From assembly GCA_027604505.1 (NCBI GenBank), contig JADIIX010000051.1, positions 1 through 64,000 on the forward strand: a stretch of DNA of 64,000 nucleotides, in the 5' to 3' direction. Source of the stretch: Gonapodya sp. JEL0774. Its lineage: Eukaryota. Below, in pieces: positions 51,106 to 64,000 of the stretch; the first letter of the stretch is position 1, and each line of letters begins with the position of its first letter. The position numbers were made by a program, and so were the translations under genes. Under the pieces are notes generated by a model. The model had not been told where the DNA came from. It made no database searches and saw only the letters and a list, made by a program, of their open reading frames with translations.

Positions 51106-52971
51106 ATGCCCACAATCGTGCAAGATCATCAAGAGATTTTAACTCAGACTCTCGCTCCGGCCTATGAGTTCGTCCCCTCGACAAACGAGGCAGTAGCTCC
51201 TGATGTGAAGCCTCTCTCCCTCAGTGAGAGGTTGCGCCAGAATCCAGGTGCTGGATATAGGCTCATGTTGGTCACGGACACTTTCTCGCCTCAAGTGAAT
51301 GGGGTCGTGACAACGATTAAGAACCTCATTGCCCACTGCCAACGGATCGGCCTCGAAGTTGACATCATCGAGCCATCTCAGTTTCTCAACGTCGGCTTCC
51401 CGATATATCCCGAAGTCCGACTTTGTATAAATATGTGGCATGTACGTTGTGGAGCCCTTTCGAGGTACCCTGTTCCGGATGTGGCCCACCAAGCTCACTT
51501 ACATTCGCAGGTCGGTATCCGCTTGTGCGAGTTCCGCCCACATGCCGTGCACATTTTCACCGAAGGGCCCCTCGGGACATCGGCTCGTGTCTTTTGCGGG
51601 GGTCGCAATATCCCCTTCACAACTTCTTACCACACCCGCTTCCCTGGTTAGTTTGACCTCCTTGGTTTGCGGAATCAAGCCTTCTTTTCACTCTTTCTGC
51701 CCTTTTCTAATAATTGTAGAATACCTACACGCCCTCGTCGGCCTCCCTGTCTCCGTCTCATACCCTTTCCTCCGCTGGTTCCATGCCGAAGCACAGATTT
51801 GCCTGGTTCCCACTCCGACGGTCCGTGCCGAGCTTTCTCAGCGCTTTGGAGCAAATCCCAAACTACACACATGGACTAGAGGTGTCGATATCTCCACTTT
51901 TGACCTCGAATTGCGGAAAAACGAATCGTGGCGGGAGAATCCGGAACTCGTGCGAATAAAGGAGACAGGCAAAAAAATTCTCCTATGGGTTGGAAGAATC
52001 AGCAGAGAGAAAAATGTAGAAGAATTCTGTCAACTGGACGACGAGTTGGGGGAGAAGGTTCTTGTTGGCGATGGACCTATTGTGAGTTGACTTTTGAACT
52101 TCATTTCGCGACCGCCAGCACCTTCCCACCCATTGAGCGATTTTTCTAGCGTGTGAAAATGGAAGCAAAGTACGGCAAGAGAGTGAACTTTGCGGGATTT
52201 AAACGAGGGCGTGACCTTGCTTTGTACTACGCTGCTTCTGGTTGGTATCTACTGTTGCCGTCGAATTCGACTTTATTGGAATCTGACGACTGTCGTTCGA
52301 TGATTGATAGATGTTTTCGTCTTTACGAGCAAAACCGACACATTCGGCAACGTCATGATCGAGGCGATGGCCTGTGGTGCACCCGTTGCGTGAGCATATT
52401 GTATACCCTCGCCTTTTCATTTCATTCCATTGAACTGTGCAATCTTGCTTTGATCTATTCTAGCGCCTTCCCTGTTACAGGACCGATCGACGTTGTTGAG
52501 CACGGTGTGACTGGTTTCATCCACCCGAAATCCAGCCCGGAAGAACCAGACTCCATCAGTCTGGCTGCCTCCATTCGCTCTTGTCTTACACTCTCTCACG
52601 AGGCTGTGGCAACACGATGTCATGAAGTATGGACTCTTGAAACCATGGGTCGCATCTTTGTGGACGCCTTAGTTGCTGTTGAGAGTCCTGAAGACAAATT
52701 TAGGATGCGCAGGAAGAAACACAAGATTCATTACTGGACCGCGCTCCTCGCACTTATTATTTATCGCATGTACATGGACTCGGGCGATCCCAACAGTGCT
52801 CCCGGCTCTGTCACTCAACGGGGGAGTTCCCTGTCGGCACCTGCTAAGCCCGAAAAGGAAGAGACTGAGGAAGAGAAGAAGATGAAAACTCAATCTTTCT
52901 GGAGTGTGTGGAGCTCTGTTATTATGACCGTGTACTTGCTGAGTGTTATTCCGCAATTGTCGACATATTAG
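51106..52971 (+). CDS. GT4 glycosyltransferase of bacterial Agt/MgtA-like type with C-terminal hydrophobic extension
   Basis: VTDTFSPQVNGVV, HIFTEGPLG, FTTSYHTRFPEY, FLRWFH, WTRGVD, VGRISREKNVEEF, DVFVFTSKTDTFGNVMIEAMACGAPV, GPIDVV; several introns. Confidence 0.9.
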
Positions 52972-53238
52972 ACACACTGCGGTTTCGTTTCATATATAGG
53001 GTGGTGAGAGTATCTGAAGTGTTGTAGGTATCATTTTACCGTCCAATTTACTTGTATAGACTGCCATTTGAAGCACTTGAAACAATTGAATAAGAATAGG
53101 AAAAGATCAAGAAATGCTCAATCAACTCCTCATACGTGCTACAGTATATACATTGGGGGAATCAAAAACGGTATAGAAGTCAGTAATGTAATGAACTATC
53201 TCGGGTTGAATGTCCGTCAATTGTCCTTGAGAATCTCT

Positions 53239-54886
53239 TCACCACACGTAAGGTACCATCTTCCCTCTTCCTTCCGGATAAACGTCCTTGTAACGCTTTT
53301 TGTACCATCTATGGGTGTTCTCTGCGGTAACACTCAGATTTGCAACCACCCAGACCCAACAGAGCCAAAGTGCCGAGCTGTGTGAGACAATGGGGAGGCA
53401 GAGGTATGCCAGAATCTCGAAAAAGTAGTGGGGAGAGTCCACCAGGCTGAACCAAGACTCCGTGGGAAGCGGGTATAGAGGGGGAATGACCGCAACAGGT
53501 GTTGATCCACGCCGGCGGGAGGGTGAAAGACTGAGTGCAAGGGGACCGGGTACCGTGTCCGTTTCTGGAAGACTAGCAGCTAGCATTCCAGGAGACCGCG
53601 CCGCCGTAGCAGTTGAGTGGGATGGATTCTCTCCAGGCGGCAACATGAGGTGGTCTGTCTGGTTCAATTGGGCAGTTTGTTCTGCTGTCGGCAGGTATAT
53701 CCGGCTGGACAGAGGGGACGATTGAGCTGGTTGACGAAGAGAAGCAAGATATGCGTGGCATCGGTTTTGCTCAATTGAAGCAAAGACAAAGAGTACAGTG
53801 GCAAAGGTATACGTGGCAATGGAAGGGAGTGTGGGTGGAATTAGGGACGAAGGATCTGCAAGGTGAGAGCCACAACAAAGAGATAGAGTGTTGGCAATGC
53901 ACATGGCAGAATGAGCTAGCGGGAATCCAAGGGTTGTACAAACCATCTGCATACTTCTGAAGCGCCGGTGCGGCTTCGATCCAACATGCGACTCCGGTAA
54001 CACCATAAAAGCTCATACCGAGTAAATAGTGTCCCACATGCATCTGAGAGCCCTTGGATGGGTTTAAAAGAAACAGTTCCTCTCCCAGGCGCCGCAACAT
54101 CTGTGCAAGCATCAGTGTGGTGCACAGGACCGCCTCCAGTGGCGATTCCATGACACTGAAAGTGGGTATTTTTGCGAAAAACAAGCTGGCGAAGGAGGAT
54201 GACTTGTCCGTTGGAGATGGGGGTGAGTCTGATGGTTCCACTGCCCACACGACAAATCTCATCAAGGGCCCACCCGGGTGACCACGAACCAAGAAAAAGA
54301 CCAGCTCAAATAGCGTCCACGCAAACCAGCACGTGCCAACAGCATAAAAATGTGTGAACCACCGCTTCGGAACTCGGAGCTCCGCAATGGTATCGACCCC
54401 TTTTTGTATCTCGCGTTGGATATTCTTGGGTAGAAGGTGGGAGACGTGCTCCGATTTCACCGTGCCCGCTTCTTCTGATAAAGTTCCAAGTGATAGATAC
54501 GGCTTGTCCAGACCCAATGCCGCCGGCGATGGACGGATCGCCAAGGACCTTGAATTGGATCGGGATCGCGATGATTCTCGTCCAGAAGCTCCCGAGCTCT
54601 CATAACCTGTCATTGCACCCATCATGGAGGTTGGGGTCATACGTATAAATGTTTTTGCGTTTGAAGATGAAAGCGAGCGCCCCTTCTTGTGCCGGGCTGG
54701 TGAGGATGGACCCGAGGGATATGAGAGAAGCTTCCCGTAAAGCGCCACCGTGGAGCGCAAAATGCCCGAGTAGTTTCCAAGGATTGCGACAGTTGTTGCA
54801 ACGACATAGTAAAATTTTGTGATGGTGAGCAATAATGTGGTTGAGGGAACGGGAATGGGGATGCCGGACAGCACAACGGTGGGCAT
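53239..54886 (-). CDS. DFG10: Polyprenol reductase (steroid 5-alpha-reductase family, SRD5A3-like), 1 intron
   Basis: YGKL, LRVPKRWFTHFY, RRLGE, MHVGHYLLGMSFY, QNRCHAYLASLR, WFSLVDSPHYFFEILAY, ANLSVTAENTHRWY, KMVPYVW. Confidence 0.88.
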
Positions 54887-55255
54887 GGGGAATGCGACCC
54901 GCGGGCGCTGATGAGAGAAAGTGTCGAGACGGTCTAGTGAAAGGCGGGGCTTGCCCTCCTGGGCGAAACGCGTTTTACGCGTTTCTTTTTGATCTGCAGA
55001 TTTTGGATTTTGGGGGAAGGGTCTTCTGGAATGGGCCGGCGGCGGTGGTCGGCGGTCTGTCCCCGGCGACTGGGACCGGTCCTCTACTGCCGACTTTCTA
55101 TCTCCAATTTATTTCACAGCTTTGTCCCTTCCAATCTAGATACAATTGATGGTTGTGAACTACCACGTGCGAACACATACGAAGGTGGTGATGGAACAAG
55201 TTTGTAACAGCATCTGACGATATCTCCTTTCACCTGATCCCACCAAAGGACAGAA

Positions 55256-55887
55256 ATGAATTTTCTTCGCCGCTATTCCGCTGCGGTCTCCAAGCGACCT
55301 CTGCTCTCACAATCCCTGATGACCGGAGGGCTATTTGTCACTGGTGACGTTATCGCGCAACAGCTTATCGAGCGATCCGAGCACCATGACATACATGACA
55401 TGAATCGGACAGCAAGGATCGCAGTTTTTGGAACGGGCATCGCTGGTCCACTTTTGGCGTCGTGGTACAATTGGCTCAATTCCCGTTTTGCGGGTCTGCG
55501 AGTTTCCCGAGCACTGATCCAACGAGTAGCTCTAGATCAGTTAGCTTTCACTCCTGTGTTTTTGACGGTCTTTTTCATGGGGAACGGTTTGCTCGAAGGG
55601 AAATCGGTCACCGAGCTGTGGGGCAAGCATCAAAAGGTGAGACAGTGAAACATTATAAATGTTCGCAATTGCTTATGTAGTGCTAATCAGATCGTATCCT
55701 GCTTCTTCTTCTTCAGGCTTTCTCTACAGCCCTGATAAACAATTGGAAAGTTTGGCCCACTGTCCAACTTTGCAACTTCTACTTCGTTTCGCCCAATTAT
55801 CGACTCCTTGTTGTGAATACGGTTGCGATGGGTTGGAACAGTTACTTATCGTGGTGGAATCACAGGGTAGATACGTTGTCGTCGTAG
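55256..55887 (+). CDS. SYM1: Mpv17/PMP22 family protein
   Basis: [28 protein letters not shown], second exon [37 protein letters not shown]. Confidence 0.88.
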
Positions 55888-55955
55888 TGCTCTTGGTTCA
55901 GGAACGCCATTTAGGATGGTCACAACAGTTCCCAACTATACTATAATGATTTGTC

Positions 55956-57369
55956 CTATTCATGTCTTTTCCACCTCAATTCCCAAATCTCTCTTCGCAC
56001 ACCTCCCGCCTCTTGTGTACCATTCCCTTGCGGCCACACTCTACTTGCTGAGAGCTGAGCCCGTTTCTCGACTTCTTTGACAAACGTGAACACGCTCCCA
56101 CTCAAACCAAAATAGTTGGTCTTGGCAGCCACCAGACAGACACCTTGCGGGTGTAAAACGTGCTCAATCAGATTCAGGAGTTCTGAGTGATGAGCAGAAT
56201 TGTAGATGGTTTCTGACGTCAACACCAGAGTATGGGAAGCAGCTGGGAGAAGAGACTGGAGATATTCCACATGAGAGGGTCAGCCACCGGAAGCATCACA
56301 AAACCCGTTTTTCACAGAGCCACGTGTACCAACAGGTAATGTCGACCATGAACCCGCCCAGAACCGCACACCCCCATATGGATAAGCTGAATCCATTTCT
56401 GTCTTTCTTCGCATCACAGTAGGTTCCAACACGTTCGCTTGTTCATGATCGCCATCGGAGGAGACTTCGATTTCAAACGTCCCGGATGAAGGGTCCACAG
56501 AGTCGGCGTCTGGCTTGTGAGAAGTGTTCAGGAGGACATTAGGTGCGGTGACAAGTGAGAGGACAGTGGGGTTCTGCAAGGGCGCTTGTTAATTTCCATG
56601 AATGAATGCGAATCGAACTTTGTTTCGGCAACTCACATAATCCTGCAAATCGACCCTCCTGGAGCCCTTGGAAACGCAATAGATTCCCGGTAATGCCGCA
56701 CCACATCCTATTTCTAGCACGGTCTGCTCTTGCATTTCGGAGTTCTTTTCTTTGCCATCGAAGGTTCTCGAGAGGAACTCCACGAGGTCCAACGAGCACT
56801 CCCAAGTCTTCAATCCTCCCTCATATACGCCTGGGATTAAATCCGTCCTATCAGTTATAGATCGCACCAATGCAGAAGCTTCGTCAGATTCCACTGAGTG
56901 CGAGAGATTCGATATGTCGACGGATTTGTCGTTGACAGCAATTTGAAACTTGATATCCGATATTTCCCGGCGGGCGAGGGTGAAATGAGTCTCAGAAGAC
57001 GAGGCATTCACAAAACCGCCATGCGGTCTAGGAAAGCTAAGGAGCTCCCCGACGATTGTTTCGGCGGCGATTGTCTGGTAATGGCAATGCGAGGTGTTTC
57101 GAGGATGTCCCTTGATAACACACAGTAGACGCGTGCAAACACACTAGTTCCGAGGGTAAAACTTCTCTTGCACGAAAAGTAGGCACATGGGTGAGTACGT
57201 CGGCGGGCTTTGCCTCCACAGCGGATGGTTCCCCCAGCTCCGTGTCGACAGCAACAGTCTTTCCGAGCTCATCATCATCCTGAGACAAGCAATATGTTCT
57301 TCAAGAGCTTTGCTAAAACCAAGCAAGGTGATTTGTAGAACGCACTGGGTTAAAGTTGAATTTGAACAT
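55956..57369 (-). CDS. HPM1: Histidine protein methyltransferase 1 (METTL18-like)
   Basis: N-term MFKFNF; DLIPGVYEGGLKTWECSLDL, VLEIGCGAALPG, LQDY|N, LTSETIY, AAKTNYFG. Confidence 0.88.
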
Positions 57370-57624
57370 GAGGTGAAGAATTGAGAGGACGAACCGTGCC
57401 CCCCCTTTCCACACAACTCGCCTAGCGAACATATAAAAACGTCTTCCACACATCTCCGCGCCATTTCGCGGGCGCCTACAACTCTGCGTATATCTGCAGC
57501 AATCCTGTGTCCTGTTTGGGCCAAGAAATCGAGTCTCAATTCGTTCAGAAGAAGTAATCCAACTACCAGCAAGCGTTTCTTTCGGTACACTCTACCTGTT
57601 CACCCGGAATTCCTCCCCCAGAAT

Positions 57625-60600
57625 ATGGCAGCACAGGTAAAAGACGCTCCCGTAGTGAAAGCAGATGTCCCCGTGGACGGTGAGAATGTTGCCAAGTGGT
57701 TTGGTGTCGTGAAGACCTGCTCAATCATTCATTCACGGGGAATCACGCTCGGAATATTAAGATGATTTGGGAATCGCATCTGCTAGAATTAATTTCCCAG
57801 AAGAGGAAATAAAGATTCTGCAGTTTTGGAAGGAGATTGATGCGTTCAAGAAGCAGCTGGAGATTACAAAGGATAAACCTGCCTACACATTCTATGACGG
57901 GCCTCCTTTCGCTACTGGGCTACCCCACTACGGACACTTACTTGCAGGAACGATCAAGGTGTGTGTTGGGCGTAAGGTCTGGCCTGACGGTGAGGTGTTA
58001 ATGAGCACGTGGCGTAGGATGTGGTAACCCGTTACGCGGCTGCGAAAGGCTTCTACGTTGAGCGCCGTTTCGGCTGGGACTGCCATGGTCTTCCTGTTGA
58101 ACACGAGATTGATAAAAAGCTTAACATTCGGGACCGCAACGATGTTATGGCAATGGGGATCGACAAGTACAATGCCGAGTGTCGTGCGATCGTCATGAGA
58201 TATTCCAGTGAATGGGTTTCCACCGTGGAGAGAATTGGTCGATGGATCGACTTCGAGAATGATTATAAGACACTCAACACCTCATTCATGGAGAGTGTTT
58301 GGTGGGTCTTCAAACAACTTTGGGACAAGGACCAAGTATACCGAAGCTTTAAGGTGAGATGAAGTTCGGCTCTTTAGAACTACTGTTCAACCCGTTCACT
58401 TTCTGTTCCGTTGTGGCCATTGTTCGAACAGATCATGCCCTACTCCACAGCTTGCACCACTCCTCTTTCCAACTTCGAGGCCAATCAAAATTACAAGGAG
58501 GACGTTATTGATCCGGCCGTCGTTGTCTCCTTCCCACTCGTCTCTGATCCGAAAACGGCGATACTTGCGTGGACCACGACACCCTGGACCCTCCCATCCA
58601 ACCTGGGCCTTTGTGTACACCCCGACTTCGAATATGTCAAAATCAATGACCAAGAGACGGGCCAGAACTGGATTCTGTTGGAGAAAAGGCTCGACACTAT
58701 CTACAAGGATCCCAAGAAAGCCAAGTTTAAAGTTCTTGAAAGGATGAAGGGCAAGGACCTCAAAGGACTGGAGTATGTTCCGTTGTTTGAATACTTTAGC
58801 TCCGTACGTGTTGTTTCTGGAACCCCGCCGGAGCTGTTCCTTATATCCGTTTCACTGACAAATTAATTTAATTGAAATTGGGTAATAGCGCAAGGCAAGC
58901 CGCACAACTTTCCGGGTCCTTAACGACACTTACGTCACAGATGAGGACGGTACTGGTGTTGTTCACCAGGCCCCTGGCTTCGGTGAAGACGATTTCCGGT
59001 GAGTCGATATCGTCGGTTTTCGCCCGTATTAAGACGCCTAAGCAGATACGTCCGTCAGGGTCGCCATCGCAAATGGTGTCGTTGACCCTGAAGGCTCTGA
59101 TACTCCCTGTCCTGTTGATGACAAGGGATGTTTTACCGAAGAAATCACCGAGTTTGCAGGGCAGTACGTTAAGGACGCGGACAAACTAATTTCTAAAATG
59201 CTCAAAGACAAGGGTCGGATGATTCGGCAAGGAACTCTGAAGCACAGCTATCCGTTCTGCTGGCGGTTAGTTACAAGTCACACGTTCTAAACTTTCTTTC
59301 ACTCAGTAGATGACCGTTATTTCAGGTCAGATACCCCCCTCATCTATCGTGCAGTTCCGTCTTGGTTTGTTCGCGTTGCGAGTGTTCGAGAAAAGCTTCT
59401 GGCAGCAAACAAAGAGACGTACTGGGTTCCAGACTTCGTCCAGGACAAGCGTTTCGCTAACTGGCTGGAAAATGCTCGCGATTGGTCCATCTCGCGGAAT
59501 CGTTACTGGGGCACTCCCATTCCACTGTGGACAAATGCAGACTTCTCCGAGATTGTTTGTGTTGGGAGCATTGCAGAGCTGGAGAAGCTTGCGGGTGTTG
59601 ACGGTGTCACCGATCTTCATAGGGAGAGGTACGCATGCTGCGATTTCACTTTAAACTTCCCTTCTCATCTTTACTTCTGTGAATATGTGGGGTAACGTAG
59701 CATTGACCATCTCACCATCCCTTCGAAGACGGCTGGTGCACCTCCTCTCAGGCGTATCGAAGAGGTTCTTGACTGTTGGTTCGAGTCGGGCTCCATGCCC
59801 TACGCTCAGAAGCACTATCCGTTTGAGAACAGGGATATGTTTGAAAAAGGGTTTCCCGCAGACTTTATCGCTGAAGGCTTAGACCAAACGAGGGGTTGGT
59901 TCTATACTCTGCTTGTGTTGTCCACACATTTGTTCGGCACAACACCGTTCAAGAACGTGATCGTGAACGGTTTGGTGCTTGCTGCGTGAGTTTTAATTCC
60001 CAAGAGTCTCTTCGCGAAATATCATCGAATTATGGCATCAACACAGGGACGGCAAAAAGATGTCGAAGCGCCTCAAAAACTACCCTGAGCCCAACCTCAT
60101 CATTGACGCCTATGGCGCGGATCCACTCCGTCTCTACCTCATCAACTCACCAGTCGTCCGGGCGGAACCACTCCGTTTCAAGGAGGAGGGGGTGAAAGAG
60201 CTCATCGCGCAAGTCTTCTTGCCGTGGTACAATGCGTACCGATTCTTCACCGCTCAAGTTGTTTTGTTGAAGAATGTGGGTGGGCTGATAACGTCCTTTG
60301 GAGTGGTCTGTTCTGGCCACTGAGCACAATTAACATCCACAGGACCACGGTATCAATTTCCAGTATAATCCCAATCAAGAGATCAGTTCAAATGTGATGG
60401 ACCGGTGGATTCTGGCTTCGTGCCAAAGTTTAATTCAATTTGTGCGCCAGGAAATGGAAGGTGTGGGATTACTATTGTGATCACACTGTTGCAACACCCA
60501 ATGAATGATTAAATTGCTACGCAGCGTACCGCTTGTACACCGTTGTGCCACGCCTACTTCGGCTTATCGATGACTTGACGAACTGGTACGTCCGGGCGAA

Positions 60601-61939
60601 TCGAAGAAGGCTTAAGGTGAGTACTTCGTGATTTGTTTTCGTAATTTAAATTCTCGATCATCGAAGGTGAAACGTCCTTTAGGGAGAAAATGGCCCCGAA
60701 GATGCTCAAATGGCTCTGAACGCTTTGTTTGAGATTTTGTTTACCCTTTGTCGGACAATGGTGAGTCTTCGATAAACTTTGTTCCGATATCAGATAGATA
60801 ATAATCATATGTTGGCATCAGGCACCTTTCACACCTTTCATCACCGAACTCATGTACCAAGGACTTCGACCTTTCTACAAGGCTCAAGAGGGTGCAGATG
60901 TGCGCTCGGTCCATTTCCTTCCTTTCCCAGAGCCAAATGAGCGATACTTCGACACCGTGATAGAGCGAAGAGTGTCGAGGATGCAGAAAGTGATTGAACA
61001 AGGGAGAATCATCAGGGATACAAAGACGCTTCCTCTCAAAGTAGGAATTGCGGCACAATTTGCACACTTCGAGGAGAACACCGATTGATCACCCTTCTGC
61101 TCTTTTATCATGAACAGACACCCCTTCGCGAATTGGTGGTGTTGTCTCCCGATCCTGAGTTCCTTGAGGATGTCAAGGTATTGGAAGCATATGTTATGGA
61201 TGAATTGAACATTCGGACGGTCACATGCACATCAGACGACGACAAGTACGGCGTGCGATACCGAGCAGAACCGGATGCGAATGTTTTGGGCAAGCGTTTG
61301 AAGGGCGCTTTTCGCGACGTCAAGAAGGCTTTGGAAAGTGGGTGGATGAGTAAATCTTTATTGCAATTTACAGCCACCTACTCTGTTTTCTTTAGCCCTC
61401 ACCAATGTCCAGATTAAGTCCTTCATGGAAACTGGCTCCATTACAGTTCTCGGAAACGAACTCGTGGAGTCAGACCTAACAGTCGCACGTGGATTTGATT
61501 CGGCATCAGGCTTGTCGCATTATGCAGCAGGAACAGATAAGGAGGCACTCATCCTGCTAGATGTGACTCTCGACTCGTCTCTTGAGAAGGAGGGATTGGC
61601 ACGGGAGGTTATGAACAGAGTACAGCGAATGCGGAAGGAGGCTGGTTTGAACCCGACGGACCTTGTCGAGTACTACTGGGAACCATTAGAGGACCCGAGC
61701 GGCGTGTTGGCAGGAGTAATGACTTCACAGGCGGACTTCCTGGAGAAGAATCTGAAACAAAAAATCCTCAGCAGGAGTGAGTTGCCGAAGGACGCAAAAG
61801 TATTCTTTGAGAACAAGCAGGAGGTGAGATCTGAAGCCTCCACAGATATGCGTTCGTGCTTTCTGATGAAACCGAGAATCTCTCATAACAGATCAAGGGC
61901 GTTACATTTATGCTGACATTTAGCAAGAAGACAAAATAA
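57625..61939 (+). CDS. ILS1: Cytosolic isoleucyl-tRNA synthetase, multi-exon
   Basis: [67 protein letters not shown]. Confidence 0.96.
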
Positions 61940-62015
61940 CCTATTTGAGTGCTATAATAAACGTGTACCTAGACCTGATACCCTTGCGGTGTGAAGGCCT
62001 ACCAGCCCCCCCCCC

Positions 62016-62025
62016 NNNNNNNNNN
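62016..62025. other. Assembly gap (10 N) after a poly-C run
   Basis: Ten N characters in the sequence. Confidence 1.
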
Positions 62026-62131
62026 ATTGTGTTAACGGGTATAGATGCCGTCCATGTGCTAATTGGTCAATTCCTTGCAACAGTACGACCATCAACAGCC
62101 ACAGGTCGTCACCGAGTCTACCATGCTTCCG

Positions 62132-63463
62132 CTACATCAACAATACAAACAACAAAACGAACACCATTACTACTAGAAAAACTTGAACCATCAACATCCT
62201 ATTCCCCCTCAAGTTGGCATAATATCTCGCCAGCTCTGACCCCGCCCGTTCCACATTCATTTCTGTCAATGCGACATCCTCGTCAATCCTACGAACTTGG
62301 TCCCTTTGACCCGCCAGCACTGTAACAAACTGAGAGTAGAGCTGCCCGAGCTCTGCGATCGTTGACTCGATAGAGTCAATTGCCTGGCTCCGTGAGTTGA
62401 GGTAGGCGGCGTTGGCGGGGTTCATGAGTTGTTGTTGTTGGGATAAAAGTGGAGCGGTGTCTTGATTGGTGCCGAAGTCGATGACGTGGTCTTCTGAGAT
62501 GCGGGGAGTGGAGCCGTTGGAGTAACTGGACCCAGGTAAGGGGGAACCGCGGGAGCTAGGCCGATGAAGAAGGCCAGATTCTCCAAGGGGAGAAGCACGG
62601 TAAAGAGGGTTGTTTGAAGAAGGAGGGTAGGCCGTGCCGGCGAACGCCGTGGCAGAAGGTAATGCGGGGTTCATTCCGGCGGGTACCGGCGATGTTCCAC
62701 CACCTGGGTCAACACCAGTGCCCACGAATCCGTACTGATCCCTGCGGCTTTTTTGCTCCCGCAGATTGCGGGTCCGTACTTCGAGAACGTCCTTAAAGTC
62801 TGATGATGTGGAGGCGAGACGGGATTGGAGAGAGAAGAGCACAGATGATGCGTGATCGGCGGCTTGCCGATTTGCGGCGAGAGGAACCGTAGAGAATTGT
62901 GATGTATTATTGCGAGAGGAGGAGGAAGATGGCGTGCGGCGCTTTGCTTCGTTCAAAGATGACTGCAGAGCTGTTATCCGTGAGGAGACTCTAGCAATGT
63001 CCTGCTTGATGAGGAACACAAGCTGATTTATTTCTTCGGGCCGGTCATCAAAGAGAGACTGCCGCTTTGCGAGTTTCGCGAGGCGTCCGAGTTTCTCCAC
63101 CGTCAGTGTGATATCGCGTCCCACCGCTGCAGCTTCGCGGTTAAATGCGGTGTGTGTGGAGAGAGACCCATTAGGGGGTGAGGCCTGGAAATTTGATGAT
63201 GGGGAAGTCGGCCGAGACTGGTGGATCAGAGACTGTGTCTCAATGGGTCCGTTGAAGGAGCGAGAAGCGATTGACTGGACTGCAGTGAAAAACTCATTTG
63301 AGCGATCTTTGAAGGGATGATATGTTGGGCGTGGAGGAGGATTCAATACGTCTGAATGCGATTGAGGGGACGAAGAAGATGTTGCGGCGGAAAATGGGGC
63401 GGTGAATGGGGAGTTGGCGCGCGCAGGTGTAGATGCCCGGAGGGGAGCAGGCGACCCACGCAT
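62132..63463 (-). CDS. SED5: Syntaxin-5 (cis-Golgi Qa-SNARE), intronless
   Basis: DRSNEF Sly1-binding motif, LAKRQSLFDDRP.EI..L...IKQDI, SNARE IESTIAELGQLY, C-terminal TM; likely ATG at 63463. Confidence 0.92.
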   Translation of the reverse strand: MRGSPAPLRASTPARANSPFTAPFSAATSSSSPQSHSDVLNPPPRPTYHPFKDRSNEFFTAVQSIASRSFNGPIETQSLIHQSRPTSPSSNFQASPPNGSLSTHTAFNREAAAVGRDITLTVEKLGRLAKLAKRQSLFDDRPEEINQLVFLIKQDIARVSSRITALQSSLNEAKRRTPSSSSSRNNTSQFSTVPLAANRQAADHASSVLFSLQSRLASTSSDFKDVLEVRTRNLREQKSRRDQYGFVGTGVDPGGGTSPVPAGMNPALPSATAFAGTAYPPSSNNPLYRASPLGESGLLHRPSSRGSPLPGSSYSNGSTPRISEDHVIDFGTNQDTAPLLSQQQQLMNPANAAYLNSRSQAIDSIESTIAELGQLYSQFVTVLAGQRDQVRRIDEDVALTEMNVERAGSELARYYANLRGNRMLMVQVFLVVMVFVLLFVLLM

Positions 63464-64000
63464 TGAAGGCGAGTACACTGAAACGATACAAGGGCGTGGG
63501 ACAGAGGAGCCACGAAAGGAGCCCAGGCAGACCGGAAAACCACGGGCAAGCGTGAGGAAGGGAAAGGTGGCGTCGCATGGTCGTGGGGAACCGACAAAGG
63601 ATTGTAAGACACCCGAAGGAGATACGACAAGTAAATCGCACTTACTTGCTTCTTGAAAACCGCTCCAAATCACTCCTGTTCCAACTCAATGAATCAGCTA
63701 TTTGTTGTACCTTGATGGGGAGACCAGTAATTCTCATCACAACTAAATTACATATGTAATTCGTCCAAAACACATATCTGCGCTTGTTCTAATAATAACA
63801 ATTACATAGAGAATAAACCCGAAAATTAAGTAGTCTTTCTATTCAAGTGTAGATGCGAATCTTTTAGTGTAAGAGGGAATGTCAGTGCATGAGTCATTCA
63901 TTTCTGCCCCAAATTGGAACTTACCATTCCTGCATTAGGCTTTCGACATAGCGGACAGGATGCATGCTTGACCTTCGAGCATTCCCCGCACAATGCCAAA

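Noticed and set aside
61945..62325. ORF spanning the N gap
   Set aside because: Artifact of the assembly gap and antisense to SED5.
63464..63673. N-terminal extension of the SED5 ORF
   Set aside because: Depends on a non-ATG start; the first in-frame ATG is at 63463.

Overview
Gene-dense, intron-rich eukaryotic DNA with short (about 45-200 nt) GT-AG introns, two GC-AG introns and many micro-exons. The gene content (PMA1, NHX1, DFG10, SYM1, HPM1, ILS1, SED5, WWM1-like, delta-12 desaturase) points to a fungus; an early-diverging, probably zoosporic lineage is my inference, not proven. Manual splicing recovered about 26 genes, several almost invisible in the ORF track. Highlights: (1) two tandem genes (39728-42757 and 43249-45941) encoding an MLKL-type four-helix-bundle plus brace N-terminus fused to a catalytically intact TKL kinase, i.e. 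candidate necroptosis-like executioners; (2) an 8-exon, 209-aa Tau/MAP2-like protein with PGGG microtubule-binding repeats (12550-13646, minus strand); (3) several bacterial-looking genes: intron-containing Agt/MgtA-like GT4 glycosyltransferase, CddD-like ALDH and SatP-like acetate channel, plus a frameshifted PheC-like fragment; (4) a WW-domain gene built from micro-exons, a p62/NBR1-like PB1-ZZ-UBA gene, a ~100-bp direct repeat pair and a promoter motif array. No CRISPR array, rRNA or tRNA was recognised. All homology calls come from recalled motifs, not database searches.
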